This document shows positions 39,228 to 47,050 of a DNA stretch of 64,000 bases, piece by piece. The DNA is taken from contig JBGZSM010000069.1 in NCBI GenBank assembly GCA_041853585.1, forward strand, positions 867 through 64,866, written 5' to 3'. The stretch is from Filifactoraceae bacterium (GTDB lineage: Bacteria > Bacillota > Clostridia > Peptostreptococcales > Filifactoraceae). A program made the position numbers and the translations under genes. The first letter of the stretch is position 1, and every line of letters begins with the position of its first letter. The notes beneath the pieces are model-generated. The model had not been told where the DNA came from. It saw only the letters and a program-made list of their open reading frames with translations, and did not search any database.

Positions 39228-39237
39228 CAGAGAATGA

Positions 39238-39561
39238 TTAAGAAGGGATTTTTTCGAGTTCGTACTCGTTAAAACGATTTAGTTTTTCCTGCTGCATATC
39301 ATACAGTTGAATCAATAAATCGGTCACCTTGATGTCATCATCAAATCTTTTGCCCGGTGCGGAAACGACGATACAGCATCGCTCCTCCTGACACTCAACG
39401 ATGGCCTTCACTTTTCGAAATTGAATCGAATCGCACAAAGAAGAGCCGCCGAATTTCGCGACAGTCTTTTTACAAACGACTTGTTCGCTCGTCATCGTTA
39501 CCATGCTCCCCCCGTTATTTGTGTTTTGCAATAATAATCTTTCCATTGGCTCTCCTTTCAT
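39238..39561 (-). pseudogene. Detached N-terminal fragment (about 60 homologous residues) of an aspartate kinase
   Basis: VAKFGGSSLCDSIQFRKVKAIVE...CIVVSAPGKRFDDDIKVTDLLIQL is the AK nucleotide-binding N-terminus. The ORF then ends after about 20 unrelated residues. Confidence 0.7.
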
Positions 39562-39721
39562 TAAAATTTTTTTTGGGTTTTTGTTTTAGTTTTGTCCGTA
39601 ATATAAAGACTGTTGTTTTTTAATTATAGACAATTATAACAAAGCATTTTAAAAAATGCAAGCACTTTTGAATTTTTTTATTCAAAAAATGTCCTTGTGA
39701 GCATTATTGCTGCTCAATTTT

Positions 39722-40684
39722 TTATTTTTGTTTCTGATTTTGAAGCTCTCCTTCCCTTGATGTCGGCAAGACATCCGACGAAATCCGCTCGATGTCAAAT
39801 GGTGTTTCCTGATACACAAAATAGTTGAGCCAGTTGGAAAAAAATAAATTGGCATGCGCTCGCCAGCGCACATGAATTTTCTCCTGCTCGTCTTCAAAAT
39901 AATTGCTCGGCATCGCAGTCGCCAATCCCAAATCCCTGTCGCGCAAATATTCCTGATACAAGGTATCGGCATTGTATTCAAAATGTCCTGATACGAAAAT
40001 TTGGCGATTGTCCTTGGATGTTACGATGGCGGCACCCGTCTTTTCACAGCCGGCTATCAGCGTAAGCGCCGGATGATTCATTATGGAATCCAGCGGATTG
40101 AGCGTATATCTTGACTGCGGAATAAAAAATTCATCATCGAATCCTTTCGTAATCAGCGAAGATGCTCGCAGCTTGTACGGAAAGATGCCGAATATTTTTT
40201 CCGTTCGCTCCTGTTTTCCAATTCCGTAATAATGATAAAGTCCCGCCTGCGACGCCCAACAGATAAACATCGTCGAAAAGACATTGGTTTTGGCAAAATC
40301 AAAAATTTCGCCGAGCTCTTTCCAATAATCTACTTCTTCAAAATCCATTTTTTCAACCGGCGCTCCGGTCACAATCATCGCATCGTATTTGTTGCGCCGA
40401 ATGTCGCCGAAAGTTTTGTAAAATCGTGCCAAATGCGAAGCGCTCGTGTTCTTGGATTGATAGCTGTCCGTTCGTACAAAGTCAACCGACACTTGCAAAG
40501 GCGTGTTGGAAAGCATGCGAAGCAATTGCGTTTCCGTTTCTTCTTTTTTCGGCATCAGATTCAAAATTGCAACGCGCAGCGGTCGAATATCCTGCGTTTT
40601 TGCTCTTTGCGGCGTTATTGTAAAAATTTGTTCCTCTTGTAAAATGCCGTTTGCCGGCAAATCTTGCGGTATGATGAGTGGCAT
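39722..40684 (-). CDS. metA: Homoserine O-acyltransferase
   Basis: LRVAILNLMP.K..TE.Q..R.L..TPLQV...FICWA.QA.L.H.YGI, the MetA pattern. Confidence 0.85.
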   Translation of the reverse strand: MPLIIPQDLPANGILQEEQIFTITPQRAKTQDIRPLRVAILNLMPKKEETETQLLRMLSNTPLQVSVDFVRTDSYQSKNTSASHLARFYKTFGDIRRNKYDAMIVTGAPVEKMDFEEVDYWKELGEIFDFAKTNVFSTMFICWASQAGLYHYYGIGKQERTEKIFGIFPYKLRASSLITKGFDDEFFIPQSRYTLNPLDSIMNHPALTLIAGCEKTGAAIVTSKDNRQIFVSGHFEYNADTLYQEYLRDRDLGLATAMPSNYFEDEQEKIHVRWRAHANLFFSNWLNYFVYQETPFDIERISSDVLPTSREGELQNQKQK

Positions 40685-40695
40685 AGTTCCTCCTA

Positions 40696-41982
40696 CTAAA
40701 TTCGAGCGAGCGCCTGCTCCAAATCTCGAATAATATCCTGCGCGTCTTCAATTCCGCAGGACAATCGCAATCCGTTGGGCTTGATTTGCGCTTTTTTCAA
40801 ATCTTCTTCGGAAAGCTGTCGATGGGTCGAGCTTGCCGGATGTAAAATATGCGTTCGCACATCGCAAACATGTACGACCAAGGTCGCCAGCTCCAATGAA
40901 TCGATAAATTGTTTCGCTTGCTGTGCACCGCCGCAAACTCCAAACATAATGACCCCGCCGCCGCCGCGCAGATATTTTTTTGCATTCTCATAAGTCGGCG
41001 AATTCTCCAGTAAAGGATAATTCACAAAATCGACTTTGGGATGCTTCTGCAAAAACTCGGCAACCGCCAGTCCGTTTTGCGAATGTCTTTCCATACGCAA
41101 AGCCAGCGTTTCGATTCCGAGCGTTGTCAAAAACGCGTTGAACGGACTCATCGTCGCTCCCAAATCTCGCAGAAAAACCACTCTCGCCTTCGTGATAAAG
41201 GCGGCATTGCCGAAGCTTTGTGTGTAGCTGAGTCCGTGATATGCCGAATCCGGCTCGGTGAGATGCGGAAACTTTCCATTCGTCCAATCAAATTTTCCCG
41301 CATCGACAATCAAACCGCCGACGCTGGTCGCATGCCCGTCCAAATACTTCGTCGATGAATGGATGATGACATCCGCTCCCCATTCAACCGGGCGACACAG
41401 ACAAGGTGTCGCGAAAGTATTATCCACAAAAAGCGGCAAGCCGTTGCGATGTGCAATTTCGGCGAGTCGCTCGACATCAAGCACATCGACATTCGGATTT
41501 CCGATAATCTCGGTGTAAATCAGCTTCGTATTCGGACGAATGGCTCGCTCGATTTCTTCATCACTTGAATCAAATCCGACAAAACTGACCTCTATCCCGA
41601 ATTTCTTGAAAGTCGTCCCGAGCAAGGTGAAAGTTCCGCCATACAAATTGTTGAGTGCCACGATATGCTCGCCCGTATTACAAATCGTGAGTATCGAAAG
41701 TAAAATCGCCGCCTGCCCCGACGAGGTTGCCAAAGCGCCGACTCCTCCTTCGAGCGTTGCAATTTTGGATTCCAAACTTGCCACCGTCGGATTGGAAATT
41801 CTGCTATACATGTGACCTTCTTTTTGCAAATCGAACAATGCGGCAACCTCATCCGCGCTGTCGTATTGATAGGTCGTACTTTGAACAATCGGCAATATTC
41901 TCGGCTCTCCGTTTTTCGCTTCATAGCCCGCCTGCACGCATAAAGTATCGGTGCTGAACTTTCCAAATTCAAACTTCGTCAT
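40696..41982 (-). CDS. metY: O-acetylhomoserine sulfhydrylase (PLP-dependent Cys/Met metabolism family)
   Basis: GHMYSRISNPT...SSTKYLDGHATSVGG (PLP lysine). The start at 41982 follows the RBS aaggagga. The longer track ORF runs into the T-box terminator. Confidence 0.8.
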   Translation of the reverse strand: MTKFEFGKFSTDTLCVQAGYEAKNGEPRILPIVQSTTYQYDSADEVAALFDLQKEGHMYSRISNPTVASLESKIATLEGGVGALATSSGQAAILLSILTICNTGEHIVALNNLYGGTFTLLGTTFKKFGIEVSFVGFDSSDEEIERAIRPNTKLIYTEIIGNPNVDVLDVERLAEIAHRNGLPLFVDNTFATPCLCRPVEWGADVIIHSSTKYLDGHATSVGGLIVDAGKFDWTNGKFPHLTEPDSAYHGLSYTQSFGNAAFITKARVVFLRDLGATMSPFNAFLTTLGIETLALRMERHSQNGLAVAEFLQKHPKVDFVNYPLLENSPTYENAKKYLRGGGGVIMFGVCGGAQQAKQFIDSLELATLVVHVCDVRTHILHPASSTHRQLSEEDLKKAQIKPNGLRLSCGIEDAQDIIRDLEQALARI

Positions 41983-42004
41983 AAAATCCTCCTTGCAATT
42001 TCCA

Positions 42005-42285
42005 ATAAAAAAAGCTCCTATCCCAAAAGGACAGAAGCTACTCCGTGATACCACCTTTATTTATTTTTGCCTCGCGACAAAAAACTCCGCGGGTACAATC
42101 ATACCCCGACGCTGTAACAGGCGCACCCGTCCGAGCCTACCTATCGACCCGGCCCACAAAAAGACCATCTTCCACACGATTTTTGTTATCCCCTCACACC
42201 CAACGGGGACTCTCTGAAACATACTTTCGAATGTACTCTTCTTTCTATAAGGTTTATTCGCGATCTCTCGCTTGATTTAATTTCG
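42005..42285 (-). promoter_or_regulatory. T-box leader, probably Met-specific, controlling metY-metA
   Basis: Minus strand reads: gaaagaagagta (S-turn/AGUA), cagagag (AG bulge), ttgggtgtga distal loop, ggaagATGgtc candidate specifier (42166-42168), T-box aaaggtggtatcacgg, then terminator agcttctgtcc-tttt-gggataggagct plus T7. Confidence 0.75.
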
Positions 42286-42288
42286 TTC

Positions 42289-42317
42289 ATTCTAGCAAAG
42301 AACAATAAAATTGTCAA
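42289..42317 (-). promoter_or_regulatory. SigA-type promoter for the T-box leader
   Basis: TTGACA, 17-nt spacer, TAGAAT on the minus strand. Confidence 0.65.
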
Positions 42318-42456
42318 TACATTTTTTAAATTTTAAAATATGATTCTGTTTTCTGATTTTACATTTTGAAATACGATTTTTTTGGATTTCCAATTTGCGA
42401 TTTATATTTTATTTTTCATTTTGTATTATGAATTTCAAATTTCAAATTCGGCTTCA

Positions 42457-43533
42457 TCAATCCAAATAGCCCATCGCCTTAATCATTTCGGCAACCAACA
42501 ATGCCCCGCCCGCCGCGCCGCGCAAAGTATTGTGCGACAATCCGACGAATCGGTAGTCAAAAATCGAATCCTCGCGCAAACGACCCGCCGACACCTGCAT
42601 TCCTTTTTGTGCCTCACGCTCCAACTTGGTCTGCGGTCGGTTGTCCTCTTCAAAATATACGATAAAAGGCTTCGGCGCCGATGGCAAATTCAGCTTGTCG
42701 ATGGCGGTTTCAAAATTTTTCCATCGTGCCAAAATTTCTTCCCTTCTCGGCTTCTTGTCAAATTTGACCGAAACGGTCGCCATATGTCCGTCGCTCACCG
42801 GCACGCGAATACATTGCGCTGAAATAACCGGCTCGCTTGCAGGCAGAATTTCCCGCTCGATTACTTCACCCAAGATTCGAAGCGGCTCCTTCTCGCTTTT
42901 TTCTTCTTCGCCGCCGATAAAAGGAATCACATTGTCCACCATCTCGCTCCAAGTGTCAAAAGTTTTTCCCGCACCCGAAATCGCCTGATAGGTGCTGACG
43001 ACAACCTCCTTCAAACCGAAATCTCTAAGTGCAAAGAGCATCGGCACATAGCTTTGGATGGAGCAATTCGGTTTTACCGCAATAAATCCTTTTTTTGTGC
43101 CCAATCTTTTCTTTTGCGCCTCCACAATTTCGATATGATTTTTATTCAGCTCCGGAATAATCATCGGCACATCCTTGGTCCAACGATTCGCCGAATTGTT
43201 CGATACGACGATGACTTCAGCTTTGGCATATCTTTCCTCCAGCTCGACAATCGCCTGCTTGTCCATATCCAACGCACAGAGCACGAGCTCGACCTGCGGC
43301 ACGATTTTTTCCAAGTTGTGCACATCCTCCACAATCATATCCTTGACATAGTTCGGCATCGGCGATTTCAAATTCCAACGACCGCGCACCGCTTCCTGAT
43401 AGGATTTTCCCTCGGACGATGCACTCGCCGCCAATACTTTGACATCGAAATACGGATGATTTTCAAGCAGTTGGATAAAGCGCTGCCCAACCATTCCGGT
43501 CGCACCCAAAATTGCAATATTTGTCTTTTTCAT
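42457..43533 (-). CDS. asd: Aspartate-semialdehyde dehydrogenase
   Basis: NIAILGATGMVGQRF N-terminus, active-site PNCSIQ region, and a C-terminus with SHNTLRGAAGGA. Confidence 0.85.
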   Translation of the reverse strand: MKKTNIAILGATGMVGQRFIQLLENHPYFDVKVLAASASSEGKSYQEAVRGRWNLKSPMPNYVKDMIVEDVHNLEKIVPQVELVLCALDMDKQAIVELEERYAKAEVIVVSNNSANRWTKDVPMIIPELNKNHIEIVEAQKKRLGTKKGFIAVKPNCSIQSYVPMLFALRDFGLKEVVVSTYQAISGAGKTFDTWSEMVDNVIPFIGGEEEKSEKEPLRILGEVIEREILPASEPVISAQCIRVPVSDGHMATVSVKFDKKPRREEILARWKNFETAIDKLNLPSAPKPFIVYFEEDNRPQTKLEREAQKGMQVSAGRLREDSIFDYRFVGLSHNTLRGAAGGALLVAEMIKAMGYLD

Positions 43534-43565
43534 ATCGACTCCATTCTCTTACAAGCGATTGGTCA

Positions 43566-45248
43566 TCATGATTTGAGCAACATTCTCGCAATATTGATAA
43601 TGTCGCTGACTACTGCGGACGCCGTCGGTCTTGAACCGGCTCCCTGTCCTTGTAAAAATAAGACGCCGGCATTGTCGCAGCTGATTTGAATTGCGTTGCC
43701 CGCCCCATCGACATGCGCCAGCGGCAACTCCTTCGGCACTTCCATCGGCTCTACGGCAACATGCGGCTCTCCGTCTTTCAAAAATGCGCGCCCAATCAAT
43801 TTAACAACGGTATGATTTTGTTTCGCCAACTCGAGTTGCTCCTTGGTCAATTCACAGATTCCCTCGCGCGTGATATGCTCCGGTTTCGGATATTCCCCAA
43901 AGCATTGCTTGCACAAGATACACATTTTATAAACCGAATCGTAACCTTCGACATCCGATGTCGGGTCCGCCTCTGCAAATCCGAGCGCCTGCGCATTTTT
44001 GAGCGCTTCTTCATAATCGGTGCCCTCTTTGGTCATCGAGCTTAAAATATAATTGGTCGTTCCATTGATGATTCCCGACAATTCCAAAATTCGATTGCCT
44101 TCCAGCGATTCGTTGATGGTTCGAATAATCGGAATCGCACCGCCCACCGATGCCTCAAATAAAAATTCCACCTTGTTCTTCTGCGCGATCTCTTCCAATT
44201 CGCCTTTGGCAGCGGCAATCGCCAATTTGTTTGCCGTCACGACATGCTTTTTGTTCTGCATGCTCGCAATCATAAATTCGCGCGCGTCTTCGTCCCCGCC
44301 AATCAACTCGACCACAATATCAATCGAATCGTCTTTTAAAATTTCGTCAAAATTATCCGCCAGCAATTTTTTCGGCACATTGCCATGCTTCTTCCGGTCC
44401 TTGACCAAAATCTTTTTGATAACAATATGCGCATCTTCCCCCGTCGTTTCTTTGAGACGAGAAGAAATCTGCTGCGCATTTTCACGCAGAATCGCCTCGA
44501 CACCTTTTCCTACTGTACCGAAACCAAGCAATGCTACACAAATCATTTTTTTCTTAGTATCTGAAATCATCGTTCCTTCATCCTCCGGTTTGTTTGTATT
44601 TTTGATTTGGATGGGAATGTTCTTTTCCTGCGCCGGCTTGATTGCGTCCTTGTGATACACCTGTGCCCCGTCTTGCGTAATCTTCATCAGTTCTTCATAA
44701 CTCAAATGCTCAATCGTCGTCGCCGATTTGTCTTTTCGCGGATCCGCCGTCATAATCCCCGACACATCCGTCCAATTTTCATACAAATCCGCACTGAGTC
44801 CCCTTGCCATGATAGAGCCCGTAATATCCGAACCGCCACGCTCGAAGGTTTTGATATTGCCTTCTTTGTCAATTCCGTAAAAACCCGGTATCACTACATT
44901 CTTTTTATCGCCGACGCGTTTTTCAATCGCTCGATAAGTTTTTTCCTCATCCAATTTGCCACTGCTATCAAAATAAATCAATTCTTTTGCGTCAATAAAT
45001 TCATACCCTAAATACTCCGCCATTATCTTTGCATTTAAAAATTCTCCGCGGCTCACGATGAAGTCACGCTGGTCACACAATAGCAATTTCTCGATTTCCG
45101 CCTCGATTTCCGAGCGAAAAGCAGGACTCAAATCCAGTGAATTACAAATTTCCGCATATCGCGATTTCAAATGCTCAATCAGCTTTCGAATTTCTTCATC
45201 CGCCTTCATTTCCTCAAAAATATTTTTACTGAAATAGTTTTTGCTCAT
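43566..45248 (-). CDS. Aspartokinase catalytic domain lacking its N-terminal about 60 residues and its ACT domains, fused to homoserine dehydrogenase
   Basis: The AK core (SRGEFLNAKIMAEYLGY...VIPGFYG...ERGGSDITGS...YENWTDVSGIMTADPR) runs directly into HSD (LLGFGTVGKGV...EASVGGAIPII...NGTTNYIL...DP..DVEG.D). There is no KFGGSS motif; that motif is found at 39238-39561. Confidence 0.75.
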   Translation of the reverse strand: MSKNYFSKNIFEEMKADEEIRKLIEHLKSRYAEICNSLDLSPAFRSEIEAEIEKLLLCDQRDFIVSRGEFLNAKIMAEYLGYEFIDAKELIYFDSSGKLDEEKTYRAIEKRVGDKKNVVIPGFYGIDKEGNIKTFERGGSDITGSIMARGLSADLYENWTDVSGIMTADPRKDKSATTIEHLSYEELMKITQDGAQVYHKDAIKPAQEKNIPIQIKNTNKPEDEGTMISDTKKKMICVALLGFGTVGKGVEAILRENAQQISSRLKETTGEDAHIVIKKILVKDRKKHGNVPKKLLADNFDEILKDDSIDIVVELIGGDEDAREFMIASMQNKKHVVTANKLAIAAAKGELEEIAQKNKVEFLFEASVGGAIPIIRTINESLEGNRILELSGIINGTTNYILSSMTKEGTDYEEALKNAQALGFAEADPTSDVEGYDSVYKMCILCKQCFGEYPKPEHITREGICELTKEQLELAKQNHTVVKLIGRAFLKDGEPHVAVEPMEVPKELPLAHVDGAGNAIQISCDNAGVLFLQGQGAGSRPTASAVVSDIINIARMLLKS

Positions 45249-45268
45249 TGATTCCTACCTTTTCTGTA

Positions 45269-45333
45269 TAAAAAAAAGACTGCAAGCAGTCTTTCGCACA
45301 CAAAAACATGAGTTTCCGCTCATAGCGGAACTC
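45269..45333 (-). terminator. Two tandem terminator-like hairpins immediately upstream of the AK-HSD start codon
   Basis: On the minus strand, gagttccgc-tatga-gcggaaactc is followed by atgtttttg, and aagactgc-tt-gcagtctt is followed by T8. The second ends about 20 nt before the ATG at 45248. Confidence 0.6.
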
Positions 45334-45396
45334 TAATACAAAACTAAAACAAAAACTAGCTTTAATATACTACATTTTTTGTCTTTTGTAAATGTT

Positions 45397-45444
45397 TTTT
45401 TTGCGCCGCAAGTTGCATAATTTGTTGTATAGCAGTTCTCATAG
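45397..45444. repeat. 48-nt imperfect direct repeat, copy A
   Basis: ttttttgcgccgcaagttgcataatttgttgtatagcagttctcatag; 38/48 identical to copy B. Nine of the ten differences are transitions. Confidence 0.75.
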
Positions 45445-45522
45445 TTGGTCTTGTATATTAACCTAAGAAAAAGTTCTTAACTCCCAAATGAAGAAATCTA
45501 AATATCACTTAATATTTCGTTC

Positions 45523-45550
45523 ATTGTATCATTGAAAAAAATTCTGTCAA
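45523..45550 (-). promoter_or_regulatory. Strong SigA-type promoter (extended -10) inside the AK-HSD upstream region
   Basis: Minus strand: TTGACA, 16-nt spacer ending in TG-a, then TACAAT. Confidence 0.55.
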
Positions 45551-45573
45551 TAACTTGACACGACCTTTTAGTA

Positions 45574-45621
45574 TTTTTTGTACCACGAGTAGCATAATTT
45601 GTTGTATAATAGTTTCTATAG
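45574..45621. repeat. 48-nt imperfect direct repeat, copy B
   Basis: ttttttgtaccacgagtagcataatttgttgtataatagtttctatag; shares the exact 17-mer gcataatttgttgtata with copy A. Confidence 0.75.
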
Positions 45622-45826
45622 AGATTTCTCCTTTGTAAGATGATTTTTGTGTTCAAATCTATTTTACCACATTGGAGCCAATCTCTATTTCTTTTCTAAA
45701 ACTCCCACAACTATTTTACACTATCGTCGCTTTATGAAAAATTATTTCAGAAATCATCTGTAATATTTTCTTTCTCCATATTAAAATTTCTCCTATTATC
45801 TCCTGCTACAGATTTTGAATCGGTTA

Positions 45827-46732
45827 TCAAATGACTACATTATAAAAAAATATCCATAGACGAGCATAATCCAACAGAGTCATCTCCTCTTTCGATTTAG
45901 AATCCAAACTGGAGATGTCCCGCGAAGATTCCAAATTGTCCTGAGAGTTTTGCTCAATAAGCCCGTTTTCATGATTGGTGTTTTTTATCGGCTTCGGCGG
46001 CGTGACAGTACCACTTCTCAATCCGCCTCTCGAACCGGAATCGGAGCGATCCAAAAGATTCTTGTCTGCACTATATAAGCTTATCAATTTTTGCATCAGA
46101 TCTCTTCCTGACAAATGATTATCTTTCGCTTTCATCAGTATATCAAAAGGTAGGTCCTCGACTGCAGCGCGGAAAGAAAGAACTTCTTTTGTGTTCTCTA
46201 ATTGTAGGATAAGAGATATTTCTTTATTTTTGTTGTCAATCCAAAATCGAACAAAATGAATACCGGAAGAATCTCTCATTTCAGCAAGCAGCAAATTTTC
46301 ATAAGAAAAAAGCGCAGGGTCTCCATCGCTTGAATACATTAGACCGACAGAATTCATCTTGTAAATTGTCTTATTATAGTCCAAAAGCGCTTCAAACAAA
46401 ACTTCGCCTTCCAAAACATCAATTTTCAAATTCAACAACTTCGGCATCTTCGATAAATCCTGCTGATTTAAGGCATGACCTTTTTTCAAATCTTGAATTC
46501 TCGCCGCCTCATTTTCAAACAGCATCACTAAATCATCGCCACGATTTCCTAAAATCTCCGGCACTTCAATCAACGCTTTTTTGGCTTGATTGGAAGCAAC
46601 CTCATTCGACTTGCCGGGGTTCTTCACAAAGATTTTGTTTTGAGCAAATCCGGTTGAAAACTGTAGTGCCGATAATATCAATACAAAGCTGATTACCATG
46701 AGTTTCTTAATCGTTTTTTTCACCGCAATCAT
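45827..46732 (-). CDS. Secreted protein, unknown function
   Basis: Signal peptide MIAVKKTIKKLMVISFVLILSALQFSTGFA. 301 aa with no recognisable domain. Confidence 0.5.
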   Translation of the reverse strand: MIAVKKTIKKLMVISFVLILSALQFSTGFAQNKIFVKNPGKSNEVASNQAKKALIEVPEILGNRGDDLVMLFENEAARIQDLKKGHALNQQDLSKMPKLLNLKIDVLEGEVLFEALLDYNKTIYKMNSVGLMYSSDGDPALFSYENLLLAEMRDSSGIHFVRFWIDNKNKEISLILQLENTKEVLSFRAAVEDLPFDILMKAKDNHLSGRDLMQKLISLYSADKNLLDRSDSGSRGGLRSGTVTPPKPIKNTNHENGLIEQNSQDNLESSRDISSLDSKSKEEMTLLDYARLWIFFYNVVI

Positions 46733-47050
46733 CTCCTTTCAATCGAATCGAAGACTTCAAAAATATCCAAGGGAATATCAACTTTTCTTATACTCAACAT
46801 ATCATCGCAAAAAATAATCGTCAATATCTCGCCGGCTTTTCACTGATTTTCTATCTTGATAAATATAGTTGATAAAGAAATAAGTTCATCGAATTAAAAA
46901 TTTCTCCTTGCGATTCGATTTTATTTTTGAGCGACTTGCTACCAACCCAAAGACGCATAACGAAAAAAATTTTCTTCTATTATTATGAATTCAATGATAT
47001 AATGAGAATAAGTTGGTGTATATTCTCAAAACACACCAAAGGAGGCTAAC

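Noticed and set aside
40988-41972. Several 60-126 aa ORFs overlapping metY in other frames.
   Set aside because: They are nested in or antisense to a complete PLP-enzyme gene with strong family motifs, and they have no independent support.
45249-45520. A lysine, SAM or T-box riboswitch upstream of AK-HSD.
   Set aside because: None of the conserved cores I know (L-box AGAGGCGC...; S-box ...GAGGGA..GGCCC...; T-box GGTGGTACCGCG) is present. Only generic hairpins are seen.
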